Origin: Candidatus Pacearchaeota archaeon
GTDB lineage: Archaea > Nanobdellota > Nanobdellia > Pacearchaeales > UBA284
Direction of reading: 5' to 3'
Length of the DNA: 32,000 bases
NCBI GenBank assembly: GCA_026016245.1
Contig: CP061211.1
Span: 390,001-422,000 of the forward strand
Shown here: in pieces, positions 1-9,465 of the stretch
Numbering within the stretch: position 1 is the stretch's first letter
Layout: the number at the start of each line of letters is the position of its first letter
Position numbers and translations under genes: made by a program
The notes under the pieces: generated by a model
Databases searched by the model: none
Told to the model about the DNA's origin: nothing
Seen by the model: only the letters and a program-made list of their open reading frames with translations

Positions 1-310
1 AAGGAGATGGATCAGGAACTCCATTCATAGCTCTACATTCTGCAGCTTGCTTATTTCTCAAACAAGGTTCTGCCTTGTTTTTTGGTATACAAGTTTGTGG
101 CTTACATTCAGGAATATTACTACAATCATAAGGAGGGCCTGTATAAAACCTTCCTGGACATTCAGTTCTTGTTGTCTGAACACATTGCTGTCCTGTTCCA
201 GTATCAAGACAGCATCCTTCCTGCTCTTGTGCTTGAACTTCTTGTGATGAGACAGTAAATAGTATTATAATCATCAAAATTGTTATGATTATTGCAAATA
301 TTTTTTTCAT
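1..310 (-). CDS. Secreted or membrane-anchored Cys-rich hypothetical protein (partial; C-terminus beyond window edge)
   Basis: My minus-strand translation from ATG at 310 is open to the window edge: MKKIFAIIITILMIIILFTVSSQEVQAQEQEGCCLDTGTGQQCVQTTRTECPGRFYTGPPYDCSNIPECKPQTC... N-terminal signal/TM segment followed by many Cys. Not in the supplied ORF track because it runs off the edge. Confidence 0.75.
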   Translation of the reverse strand, partial: MKKIFAIIITILMIIILFTVSSQEVQAQEQEGCCLDTGTGQQCVQTTRTECPGRFYTGPPYDCSNIPECKPQTCIPKNKAEPCLRNKQAAECRAMNGVPDPSP

Positions 311-321
311 TTTTTTCTTTT

Positions 322-1146
322 TTATGTTCTGTCTACTGCAAAATTAAATTTATATGGGAATTCTCCTATTCTGTGAGGAACAGATTCTAGTATGAAGACT
401 ATCTGATCTTTGTTGATACTTCGAGCATCTCTGCTAATGTATTGAAGTGTGTAAGGATCATTCCATGTCTCTTCATCCCATTTTAAACCTTCATAATTAC
501 AATCTACTTGAGTTTCACAATCAACAATCCTATTAGCTGTATACCATAAATTTCCTAAAGGAACAGTGAGAGTGGCTGGAATCTGGTTGATTGTCTGCTC
601 AGCTTCTGCCCTCGCTGTCTGCTTGCTTATTTTTATAGGCCAATCAACATTAATCATTATGGAATCGGGATTTATCGTTGCTGTCATCTTTCTTTCTCCA
701 GGTTCAACATTCATATTTCTTTTGAAGGAAGCAAAATTATTAAGGCAAGAATCAATTTCAGCATAACCTTCTCTTTCAAGAAAAAGAGAGAATTGCTCCT
801 CTATCTGGGTTTCACTTGGAAGTTTATTTATTCTTTGTTTTGCAGCATCTTTGTACATAACAACAATATAACTGTTTCCTGCAAAATCTAATCTTTCTAA
901 TCCAGTAGTATCATAATAGCCTGCTTGTAAACCTATCCTCTCAAAAGCAGGATAACTTGTAGCAAGAACACAGTCATAAACAGCATCTCTAAGTGATTCT
1001 GCTTGGCTTGCTAAAAAGGATTCTGTTTGTTGTTGGGACATGAATAAAGTTGAGATAGTGGGCCAGAAAATAAGGCCAAGAACTACAACTGCTATGATGA
1101 CAATGGCGATAATAATGAATAAGGTAACCTGTCCTCTTTTATCCAT
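322..1146 (-). CDS. Pilin-like/type IV prepilin-like N-terminus membrane-anchored protein of unknown function
   Basis: ORF MDKRGQVTLFIIIAIVIIAVVVLGLIFW...: charged residues and Q before a hydrophobic helix, as seen in many DPANN proteins. TATA-like box on the minus strand at 1170-1177. Confidence 0.7.
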   Translation of the reverse strand: MDKRGQVTLFIIIAIVIIAVVVLGLIFWPTISTLFMSQQQTESFLASQAESLRDAVYDCVLATSYPAFERIGLQAGYYDTTGLERLDFAGNSYIVVMYKDAAKQRINKLPSETQIEEQFSLFLEREGYAEIDSCLNNFASFKRNMNVEPGERKMTATINPDSIMINVDWPIKISKQTARAEAEQTINQIPATLTVPLGNLWYTANRIVDCETQVDCNYEGLKWDEETWNDPYTLQYISRDARSINKDQIVFILESVPHRIGEFPYKFNFAVDRT

Positions 1147-1214
1147 GTTTTAAATAACAAATCTGATATTTATAAAGTTTATTCTATTATTCGTTTTTAT
1201 CCCTCTTTTTGAGC

Positions 1215-1952
1215 TTATTCTTCTTCTTCTACTCTCGGTGCAAGAACAAAACTTAACTCTACTCCCTCCTTATTTACAAAATCAAATCTTGCAGGATAAT
1301 CGTTTGAGAAATTAACAATGACTTTATCTGAGAGTTTTGATGCTTTTGCAAATTTGGCAAGATAGTCTAGACTGTATTTTGCTTTTGAATTTTCTTTTGC
1401 TTGAATTTTTATCTCATCACTGTTAAATTCTGTCTTGGCTGAATTTAAGGTTCCTTTTGCCTCTATCAAAAAAAGATCTTCTGAAGCATTTAGAGAGCAA
1501 GAATCAGCGACTATTGAGGCATCATTTATTGATTCTGCGAAACTTTTTGCATCTAATTCTATCTTGGCTGAAAAATTAAGACTTGGAATCTGTTTTTCTT
1601 CTGCTTCTACATTTATAAGAGCAAGACTGAAAGCTCTTTTTGATTTTTCTCTGATTCTTAGCTTGATAGTATTATCTTTTCTCTCTATTATTAGACTTGA
1701 ACTAAATGCAACACGTCTTAATACTTGTTTAAAATCTTCCAGGTTTATACCAAGTTCTTCATCCTTATCTATTTCAAATTGTGAAAAAGCTTTAGCTGGA
1801 ATCTTCAGAGAGATTAGAGCTACATTAGCAGGATCTATTGCTGTTATTTCAAAACCATTTTTGTTTATTTTTGCTTTAACCTCTAAAACTAATTCACTAA
1901 GTAAAGAGATACTATCAGCAAGAAGCTTTGGATTGTCTAATTTGAGTAACAT
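1215..1952 (-). CDS. pcn: DNA polymerase sliding clamp (PCNA)
   Basis: Protein with PCNA-like pattern (MLLKLDNPKLLADSISLLSELVLEVKAKINKNGFEITAIDPANVALISLKIPAKAFSQFEI...). The supplied ORF starts at a TTG (1970). The first ATG is at 1952, with TTTAAA on the minus strand centred 26.5 nt upstream. Confidence 0.9.
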   Translation of the reverse strand: MLLKLDNPKLLADSISLLSELVLEVKAKINKNGFEITAIDPANVALISLKIPAKAFSQFEIDKDEELGINLEDFKQVLRRVAFSSSLIIERKDNTIKLRIREKSKRAFSLALINVEAEEKQIPSLNFSAKIELDAKSFAESINDASIVADSCSLNASEDLFLIEAKGTLNSAKTEFNSDEIKIQAKENSKAKYSLDYLAKFAKASKLSDKVIVNFSNDYPARFDFVNKEGVELSFVLAPRVEEEE

Positions 1953-2072
1953 AAGTGAGTGAGAATTCAAAAGTTTTTAAAGTTTGTTGTGCTTCTTATT
2001 GTGTTACTTATGCCTGAGAAAGATATCTTATTTTATAATAAATTTTAAAAAGTAGGGGATATTTTAATTTCA

Positions 2073-3197
2073 ATGACAGAACCATTATCTACTTTCTTGT
2101 TATTGTTTTTCCTTGGTAATTCTAATCACGAACTTGAAGCAAGAGCGCATGTCCCTTTAGTTAATAAAGTCACTGAAATTGCACAGAGTGTACAAGAGAT
2201 AAGTGTACAAGAGAATGCAGGAGAAATAATTTTAAATATGGGCTATAGGCCTTCTCAGTATGGAATTGTTGAGATTCATAGAATTGATACTCAAAAGTCA
2301 TTAGTAATAAGATCTCTAGAAGAATTGAACAAAGTGTATAGAATTTTCTATCCCATTCCTTCTGATAATAAGATAGTAATTGGAGATCTTGATCCAGGAA
2401 TCTATAATTTAGAAGTCAGCCTTTTACAAAAAACTTGGAAAAGTAGGAGGGAGCACTTTAAAATATTTTACAAGTTTGAAGAGGTAGTAGAAGTAGGCTC
2501 AGGAGAAACAAAAAAAACAGATCTTACAAAGAAGAAACTCCAAACATATAGATTAAAATTTGACAGAAAAATTACAACACAAATAATGAAAGAAGACCTC
2601 AGAAGTAGAGTGGGAAAGAAACTGACAGAAATCTCAACAAGAAAAATCTATGAAAGTCAGTTGATTGATGTTGGTGGTGAAGAATATAAAAAAGAATTAA
2701 TTGCGGATGGAGAAAAACTAAATATAGAAGTTTATATTCCTACTTATTCTATTTCTGGTTCAAGAGGCATTGGCTCTGGTAGAGTTAATGAATCAGCTCT
2801 TTTTGAACTAGTCAAAGATAAAGAAGCTGTTAGAATTTTTTTTGAAGTTGATGGAGTAAGCAAAACTAGAAATCTTTACTTATATAATCAATCTTGGAAA
2901 TGGGATCATTTAGGTGGCTATACATATTATCGAAGTTTCTACACTGATATTGAAATAAATCCCTTTACCCTAAAGATTAGTGGGGGTCTAGGTATAGAGG
3001 GGAAAATTGACCATGGAATTTTTAGTACTAATCTGGAATTTAAAAGAGCTAATGGTGCTTTTTCTTTTTTAATAGAACAAGAAAAGAAGGGTAAAGTTAT
3101 AATAAAAAAAGTAAATAATAAATGGATGTTAGGTAAATATTTAGATATCCGAGATGGAGATGTCCTAGATAACAGAAAGTGGTATCTTGATTATTGA
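2073..3197 (+). CDS. Hypothetical protein with hydrophobic N-terminus and beta-rich C-terminal region
   Basis: 374-aa ORF beginning MTEPLSTFLLLFFLGN; C-terminal segment has an alternating hydrophobic/polar pattern (GGYTYYRSFYTDIEINPFTLKISGGLGIEGKIDHGIFSTNLEFKRANGAFSFLIEQE). Stop TGA. Confidence 0.65.
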   Translation: MTEPLSTFLLLFFLGNSNHELEARAHVPLVNKVTEIAQSVQEISVQENAGEIILNMGYRPSQYGIVEIHRIDTQKSLVIRSLEELNKVYRIFYPIPSDNKIVIGDLDPGIYNLEVSLLQKTWKSRREHFKIFYKFEEVVEVGSGETKKTDLTKKKLQTYRLKFDRKITTQIMKEDLRSRVGKKLTEISTRKIYESQLIDVGGEEYKKELIADGEKLNIEVYIPTYSISGSRGIGSGRVNESALFELVKDKEAVRIFFEVDGVSKTRNLYLYNQSWKWDHLGGYTYYRSFYTDIEINPFTLKISGGLGIEGKIDHGIFSTNLEFKRANGAFSFLIEQEKKGKVIIKKVNNKWMLGKYLDIRDGDVLDNRKWYLDY

Positions 3198-3240
3198 TTT
3201 TTGTTGTTATTTATTGAATGTTTTTTGTCACGAATAATTA

Positions 3241-3246
3241 TTTAAA
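3241..3246 (+). promoter_or_regulatory. TATA-like box of primase gene (TTTAAA)
   Basis: TTTAAA centred about 24.5 nt upstream of ATG 3268, consistent with archaeal leaderless promoter geometry. Confidence 0.5.
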
Positions 3247-3267
3247 TTTTCATTGTTGATTTATTAG

Positions 3268-4680
3268 ATGAACAAATTAGAAAGGCTAAGAAAACGGGCT
3301 TATAGGTATTATTCAAGAAGAGATGTTCAAGCAGCCATAGCTGAGCAAGCAAGAAATAAAGAAACTATTCCATTTTATTTTGATCCAGTTTATTCTGATA
3401 CTTTGGGTAATTTTGGTAAGAGGCCTGATATTATAGAGTATCCGCAAGATGTGGCTAATCTTGCTGCTAAAGGAGCTACTAGTTTTCATGTTTCTGAAGA
3501 GTTATGGAGTAATCCTCTGGAACTTAGCACAGATTTAAGACTAGAGCAGTTGAATAAGTTAAGAAAAGGATGGGATTTGATTCTTGATATTGATTGTAAG
3601 TTTATTGAATATAGCAAGATTGCTGCATGGCTTTTATGTGAGGCTTTATATTTTCATGGTGTTAGAAATTTTGGCTTAAAGTTTAGTGGAGGAAGTGGTT
3701 TTCATATTGGTCTTAAATTCAGGGCTTTTCCTTCTAAGGTTTATGATATAGATATAAAGAACTTTTTTCCAGAAGGTCCTAGAGTGATAGCTTCTTATTT
3801 GAAAGAAATGATTTCCCAGGATCTTGCCAAGAGGCTTTTAGAATTGAGTAGTTTAAAAGATATATCAAAAGCAACTGGCAAACCTATTGAGGCTTTGATT
3901 GATGAAGAAAAGAAATTTAATCCTTTTAGTATTTTAGAGATTGATACAGTATTAATTTCTTCACGGCATCTTTATAGAATGGCCTACTCACTTCATGAAA
4001 AAAAAGGTTTGGCTAGTATTGTTATGAGACCTGAACAAATCAAGGCGTTTCATCCTGCATGGGCTAAGCCAGAGAGAGTTTTTGTTAAACCTTTTATGCC
4101 TGAGCCCAAACAAGAAGAAGCCAAGGAATTACTTGTTCAAGCATTAGATTGGAAAGCACGAAAGGAGGCAAGCAAAGAAAGAGAAAAAATTGAAAAGAAA
4201 AAAAGAACTCCTTTGCCAAAAATCAAGATAGAAAAATTAAATGAAGAAATGTTCCCTCCCTGTATAAAAAATATTCTTCTTGGAATGAAACATGATGGGA
4301 GAAAGAGAGCTTTGTTCATTCTTATTAATTTTTTCAGGTCTCTTGATTTGAGCATTGAAGATATTGAACTAAAAATTAAAAAGTGGAATAAATTAAATTA
4401 TCGCTCTCTGAAAGAGAATTATATAGCCACACAATTACAATGGTTTAAAAAACAAGAACCAAGATTGCCTCCTAACTGTAATTTGAATGCTTATTATCTT
4501 GATTTAGGTGTCTGTCCTGCTGATTCTCCTTCTTCTATCTGCAAAAAGATAAAGAATCCTGTTAACTATGTTTTAAGAAGAGCAAGGATTGCTGAAAGAC
4601 AGAGTAAAGAAGAGAAAGGGAAAAGGAAAAAATGGAAGGGTAGAAGTAAACGAAAGTCTTTTAAATATACGAGATTTTAG
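3268..4680 (+). CDS. priS-priL fusion: Fused archaeal DNA primase: AEP catalytic (PriS-like) domain plus C-terminal PriL Fe-S-like domain
   Basis: AEP motifs: ILDID, SGGSGFHIG, EIDTVLISSRHLYRMAYSLHEKKG. C-terminus FPPCIKNILLGM...GRKRALFILINFF...LKENYIATQLQWF...LPPNCNLNAYYLDLGVCPADSPSSICKKIKNPVNYVLRR carries four Cys in PriL-CTD style. Confidence 0.85.
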   Translation: MNKLERLRKRAYRYYSRRDVQAAIAEQARNKETIPFYFDPVYSDTLGNFGKRPDIIEYPQDVANLAAKGATSFHVSEELWSNPLELSTDLRLEQLNKLRKGWDLILDIDCKFIEYSKIAAWLLCEALYFHGVRNFGLKFSGGSGFHIGLKFRAFPSKVYDIDIKNFFPEGPRVIASYLKEMISQDLAKRLLELSSLKDISKATGKPIEALIDEEKKFNPFSILEIDTVLISSRHLYRMAYSLHEKKGLASIVMRPEQIKAFHPAWAKPERVFVKPFMPEPKQEEAKELLVQALDWKARKEASKEREKIEKKKRTPLPKIKIEKLNEEMFPPCIKNILLGMKHDGRKRALFILINFFRSLDLSIEDIELKIKKWNKLNYRSLKENYIATQLQWFKKQEPRLPPNCNLNAYYLDLGVCPADSPSSICKKIKNPVNYVLRRARIAERQSKEEKGKRKKWKGRSKRKSFKYTRF

Positions 4681-4686
4681 AAAAAT

Positions 4687-7041
4687 ATGGTAAAAAAGAG
4701 CGTAGTTTTTTGCATTATTCTTGCCTTGGTTTTTATTTCTAGTTCTTTTGCTTTAGCACAAGAATCTGAAGAAGACAAGGTTGCTGAGGCTTATGATTTT
4801 CTTATTGACAGAGTCAGGGGTAATTGGAATGAATTAAGTATTAAACAGCAGGCATTTTCATTACTTGCTTTAAATTGTAATACTACTTACACAACTCCTG
4901 GTCTTGCTTCATTAAATTCCAAAGCTTTTATTACCTCAGATATCAAGTGTTGGGGGGCTGGTCCTAAACCAAGTTCAGAAACAGGATGTTTGTTGACTGA
5001 AACAGCTCTCAGTAAAATGGTTTTGGATGTATTTGATGAAAATACAACTAAAGTGAAAAATTGGCTTCTTGGACAGAATATGACCCAAACACAAGGCATA
5101 GATTGGATTTTACAGATAGATGTTGAAAGAGGATATAATGCAACTTGTTCTGTAATTTATGCAGGGCAGGATGAAAAACTTGTCTTTAAAGTTAATGATG
5201 ATAAAACTGTTGAGATGTTGAATACAACAGATTGTTTCAAAAGAACTCATCAAAATTATTGGTTTGAAATAGAAAAAACTCCTCAATGTTATAGTAATGT
5301 TTATACATTAAAGTGTTGGAGTGATGCTGAAGTTTATAGAGCATCTCTGCTTTACAAAAAACCTGGAAGTCAGGTCTGGCACGTTTCAAGTGAGACAAAA
5401 AGCGGCCGTCCTGGAGTGCCTGGCTCAACCAGAATAGAGGATCATCCACAGCCTTTAGAATTAAGAATGTCTTCTTTCTGTTTGGCTAATCCATACAATG
5501 TAGGAACTTGTGATTACGAAGGAACTGCATGGACAGCTTATGTTTTATCAAGACAGGGGGATTTTGAAAATGCAAACTTGTTCATTCCTTACCTTGTTGT
5601 TTTTGCTAATGAGAATACTAAATGGTTCCCAGAATCTTTCTTATTCCCTTTAACAAGCCAGATAAGATATTCTGATACTATCGTGAATGCACAGAAAATT
5701 GTTGGCTTAGATAAGGGATACTGGCTTATACAACCTATTATTTACGGAAGAGTTTATGACACTGCTCATGCTGGCCTTGCTTTAGAAGGGGCAGGACAAG
5801 ATGCAATAACAAAAGCTAAGAATTATTTGCTTGCTAATCAAGAAACTAATGGAGATCTTGTGACTAGTGCTTATGGAGAATCTGGAAAGGATTCTATTAG
5901 AGATACTGCTTTTGCTTTGTGGGTTTTCTGGCCTTACCTTTGTCCAGGAATTGGAGGACCTGGAGCATGCGAGGAGTTAGCAGGACATTTCTGTAAAGAG
6001 ATCTGTATTCCCGGAGAAGAAATTGAAATTCCAACATTAACATGTCCTGTTGGTCTAGTTTGTTGTAAAATGATTGGTGCTGGTGTTGAATGTGCAGATG
6101 CTGGCGGAACTTGTAGAGAAGAGTGTGATGTAGAGGAGTTTGAGATATATGAATTGAGTCTAACTTGTCCTGGTTGGCAGTATTGTTGTAAAAAATATGA
6201 AGATGCAGAATGTTCTGAAATACCAGGTGCTGAAAAATGTGAAACAGGTGAGGAGTGTTCTGGTGATGAGGTATATGTCAAGGATGGGCTTTGTTGTCTT
6301 GGTTCCTGTATTGCAAATGTCTCTGAACAATTCTGTATAGATATTGGGGTTGAGTGTGAGATTAATGAGGTATGTATCAGAAGTTTGGATTGGGAACTCT
6401 TAAATTTTATTGCAACAAAAGACACTACAAGATGTTGTACAGATACATGTGTCCAGGATGTAACATGTGATAGTATTGGTGAAGAATGTGGTATTGGTGA
6501 GGAGTGTTCTGGAACTTTTGAAGAGACAAGAGATGTACAAAATTGTTGTGTTGGGATATGTCTTGAATCCTGCTCAAGAAAAGGAGGGGGATATTGTCTT
6601 ATTGACGAGGATTGTACTGGAACATTTGTTGAATCAAGTGAAGGACTTAGATGTTGTATCAATGGTGAGTGTAAAAAACCAACTAGTTTGTGGTGGCTGT
6701 GGCTTATAATAATTTTAATAGCTATTGGAGGTTTCCTATTATATTACTTTAAACTTAGGCCAAAGAAACCAAGGAAAAAGAAAGAAGAATTATTTGGAAT
6801 CAGACCAACAATGCCTCCAAGAAGGCCAGTTATGCCAGCAGCTAGAGCTCCAGTAGGAATGATAGCGAGACCAATGCCAACAGCAACAGTAGCTCGACCA
6901 ATAAGACCAGGAATGGTTGCACCTAAACCAATGGCAAGAGCAAGAGTTCCAGCAGCACCAAAAGCAAAAAAAGCTGGAGGAAAAACAGAATCAGATCTTG
7001 AGAAAACTCTTAAAAAGTTAAAAAAGATGACAAAGAAATAA
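4687..7041 (+). CDS. Secreted single-pass protein: alpha/alpha-toroid-like N-terminal region, tandem Cys-rich modules, C-terminal TM and basic Pro/Ala-rich cytosolic tail
   Basis: Signal peptide VVFCIILALVFISSSFALA; repeated helix pairs (DTAHAGLALEGAGQDAITKAKNYLLANQETNG, DSIRDTAFALWVFWPYLC); modules CPVGLVCC, CPGWQYCCKK, GEECSGD...CC, GEECSGTF...NCCVGIC; TM LWWLWLIIILIAIGGFLLYYF; tail RPKKPRKKKEE...KLKKMTKK. Confidence 0.75.
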   Translation: MVKKSVVFCIILALVFISSSFALAQESEEDKVAEAYDFLIDRVRGNWNELSIKQQAFSLLALNCNTTYTTPGLASLNSKAFITSDIKCWGAGPKPSSETGCLLTETALSKMVLDVFDENTTKVKNWLLGQNMTQTQGIDWILQIDVERGYNATCSVIYAGQDEKLVFKVNDDKTVEMLNTTDCFKRTHQNYWFEIEKTPQCYSNVYTLKCWSDAEVYRASLLYKKPGSQVWHVSSETKSGRPGVPGSTRIEDHPQPLELRMSSFCLANPYNVGTCDYEGTAWTAYVLSRQGDFENANLFIPYLVVFANENTKWFPESFLFPLTSQIRYSDTIVNAQKIVGLDKGYWLIQPIIYGRVYDTAHAGLALEGAGQDAITKAKNYLLANQETNGDLVTSAYGESGKDSIRDTAFALWVFWPYLCPGIGGPGACEELAGHFCKEICIPGEEIEIPTLTCPVGLVCCKMIGAGVECADAGGTCREECDVEEFEIYELSLTCPGWQYCCKKYEDAECSEIPGAEKCETGEECSGDEVYVKDGLCCLGSCIANVSEQFCIDIGVECEINEVCIRSLDWELLNFIATKDTTRCCTDTCVQDVTCDSIGEECGIGEECSGTFEETRDVQNCCVGICLESCSRKGGGYCLIDEDCTGTFVESSEGLRCCINGECKKPTSLWWLWLIIILIAIGGFLLYYFKLRPKKPRKKKEELFGIRPTMPPRRPVMPAARAPVGMIARPMPTATVARPIRPGMVAPKPMARARVPAAPKAKKAGGKTESDLEKTLKKLKKMTKK

Positions 7042-7089
7042 CAAGAAAAAATTTATTAACTCTCTTTTTCTTTTAAAAATAATGAAAAA

Positions 7090-9456
7090 ATGAGGTGGAA
7101 TTACTTAATTTTTGTCATGGTATTTATTTTTCTACTTTGTATACCCAATGTCAATGCTTTAGAATGTATCAGCCTTAATACTGCAAAATCAAGTTATCTG
7201 CCAGAAGAAACTGTTCAGATTGAGGTAGATGCTGATACTATAAGAACTATCCTTGCAAGTGATATTTTTTTCTATAAAGACGGAACAAGATTGCCTATTA
7301 ATATTTTTATTTCAAAGGTTACTGAAACAAAATACTTTGTGTGGTTTGATCTTCCTACTAATTCTGGAAATTATATATTGAAGGTTAGAGGTAATTGTAG
7401 AGATGGAAGCTTATATGTTGCAGATATCCCTATAGTGGTTGAAGAAATCGTAGGATCTCATTATGAATCTTTAAAGCAAAAAGTTGAGGGAAAGTGGTCT
7501 ACCTTATCTCTTGAAAATCATATTCTTTCAGCAGGAGCTCTATCATATGTACTTGCTGAAGAATCTTTGATAGCATATATAGAAAGAACTGATTCCTGCA
7601 TGAATCAGGAATGTAATACAAAATTCAAAGCTTTATCATTAATAGCTTTTGAGGATGGCTTTGTTAGGCAGAGAATGCAAGACTCTATAGATGCCTCTCA
7701 AAATTATGTAAAAGGTTTATGGAAATTGGAAATAGAATCTAGCATAGCACAGCAATGTGATTTTAGTTTAGATAACAAAACCTTATCTATCAATCTGGTT
7801 ACAGGAGAAAATAGCTTTGATTTAACTTTTGAAAATATAGAAGCAGATGAATTAATAATTTTAGTTGATTGTAGGGAAAGTATATCTGGAAAAATAACTT
7901 ATTCTTATAAAGATTTTAGTAAAGAATATGAAACAGAGCCAGGACAAAACTTGAGTTTTTCTATAAACAATAAAGGTTGTTGGGGGATTGGATTGAGAAC
8001 AGGATGTGATTCTGAAAGTACAGCTTATGCTTTACTTTCTCTTGCAATGGCAGAAAAATTAAATAAAGAAAACAAGGAGCATGCTGCTGCAATTTCATGG
8101 CTAAAAGAAAATGCTGTTAGTGTTAAAGAAAAAGTAATTAGCTATTATCTGACAGAAGATCCTGAAACACTTTCATGGATTCTCAATCTGCAGACTATGA
8201 AGGGTTGGTGGCCAAAAGATGTACAGACTTACGAGCAGGATATTGAGACTACATCTATTGTAATTTTTGTTTTAAAAGAATCTAACTATACTGGCATTGT
8301 GGAAAAAGCCAAAACATGGCTTCTTGGTCAGGATTTACCATTGAATAAAGAAGCTTTAATGCTTGTTTTTGCTTTCCAGTCTAAAGATATAGAACCATTA
8401 CTTGCATTCTGGCCAGGAATAATAAAGACAGAAAGCATGGGAACTTTTGATTTAATTTTGTTGAATAAAGGTACAATAGGCATAATATTGAACACAGAAT
8501 TACTTAACTCCACTACTGCAACTATCTTACCAACAAACAGTGTAAAGAATGTGAAATTTAATATCCCACGCATTACAACAATTGATGGTAGAACAATCTC
8601 TGAAAACCTTGTGATTGATTACAAGCAGGAAAATTCCTTACAATACTATAGTTATTCTGTTCCTATATTAATTTTCACAGAAAAATCTTCTCGAGAAGGA
8701 ATGGAAGGAGAAGTAAATGCAAGTGAACAGGAAGTTAATGAAACAGAACAACAGGAAATTATTAATGAAACAGAGTATGAATGGGAAAATAAGACAACAG
8801 AATTGAATGAGAGTTTAATACAGAGGAGATTTAAGTTTGTTGAGGGAGAAATAAATAAAACTGTAGATATATCTGAAGGAACTTCAACAATAAGTATAAG
8901 GTTAGAAAATAAGCTTGATAGGGACATTAGTGATGTTTCAATAACCTATAGTTCTAGTCTGATTGGTGTTGTTGAAAGAATCAATCCTAGTTTTTTAGAA
9001 GAAATTTCAGAAGGAGAGAAAGAATCAATAACCATAACAATAACCCCTACAGCAATAAGAGTTTATGAGGGGTATATAATAGCTGATGCAAAGTATGACT
9101 CAAAAACCATCACAACTAAGCTACCATTAAATATAAATGTCTCTGGAATTGCTGCGGAGAAAAAAAACTGTTCTGATATAGGTGGAAAGATTTGTGAGGA
9201 AGATGAGATTTGTGAAGGAACTATAACAGAAGCTGCAGATACTTTTTCTTGTTGTATTCCTGCTGATGCTTGCAAGAAAAAACCAACTCCAGGAAGGACT
9301 ATAGGCGTTATCATAGTTCTTGCTATTGCACTTATCCTAATTGTTCTGTTCTTTATTCTAAGGAAAAGATCAAGAAAAGAGATGAAAAAATTTCTCGAGA
9401 AATCAGCAAAACAATATGAGAAAAAATTTCAGAGACCAGCAAGCATAAAACGTTAA
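7090..9456 (+). CDS. Architectural paralogue of upstream gene: secreted toroid-like protein with single Cys module and C-terminal TM
   Basis: 788 aa. Signal peptide; GIGLRTGCDSESTAYALLSLAMAEKLNKE / DPETLSWILNLQTMKGWW / DIETTSIVIFVLKESNYTGIVEKAKTWLLGQ; then CSDIGGKICEEDEICEGTITEAADTFSCCIPADACKKK; TM TIGVIIVLAIALILIVLFFIL. Confidence 0.75.
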   Translation: MRWNYLIFVMVFIFLLCIPNVNALECISLNTAKSSYLPEETVQIEVDADTIRTILASDIFFYKDGTRLPINIFISKVTETKYFVWFDLPTNSGNYILKVRGNCRDGSLYVADIPIVVEEIVGSHYESLKQKVEGKWSTLSLENHILSAGALSYVLAEESLIAYIERTDSCMNQECNTKFKALSLIAFEDGFVRQRMQDSIDASQNYVKGLWKLEIESSIAQQCDFSLDNKTLSINLVTGENSFDLTFENIEADELIILVDCRESISGKITYSYKDFSKEYETEPGQNLSFSINNKGCWGIGLRTGCDSESTAYALLSLAMAEKLNKENKEHAAAISWLKENAVSVKEKVISYYLTEDPETLSWILNLQTMKGWWPKDVQTYEQDIETTSIVIFVLKESNYTGIVEKAKTWLLGQDLPLNKEALMLVFAFQSKDIEPLLAFWPGIIKTESMGTFDLILLNKGTIGIILNTELLNSTTATILPTNSVKNVKFNIPRITTIDGRTISENLVIDYKQENSLQYYSYSVPILIFTEKSSREGMEGEVNASEQEVNETEQQEIINETEYEWENKTTELNESLIQRRFKFVEGEINKTVDISEGTSTISIRLENKLDRDISDVSITYSSSLIGVVERINPSFLEEISEGEKESITITITPTAIRVYEGYIIADAKYDSKTITTKLPLNINVSGIAAEKKNCSDIGGKICEEDEICEGTITEAADTFSCCIPADACKKKPTPGRTIGVIIVLAIALILIVLFFILRKRSRKEMKKFLEKSAKQYEKKFQRPASIKR

Positions 9457-9465
9457 AACACTTAA

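Noticed and set aside
1435-1962. 175-aa plus-strand ORF opposite pcn
   Set aside because: Antisense to a confidently recognised PCNA gene; its sequence has no recognisable family and is best explained as shadow coding.
5934-6662. 242-aa minus-strand ORF within the Cys-rich region of the 784-aa gene
   Set aside because: The composition (Ser/His/Pro-rich) is the expected antisense shadow of Cys/Glu/Gly codons in the clearly real plus-strand protein. No independent coding signal.
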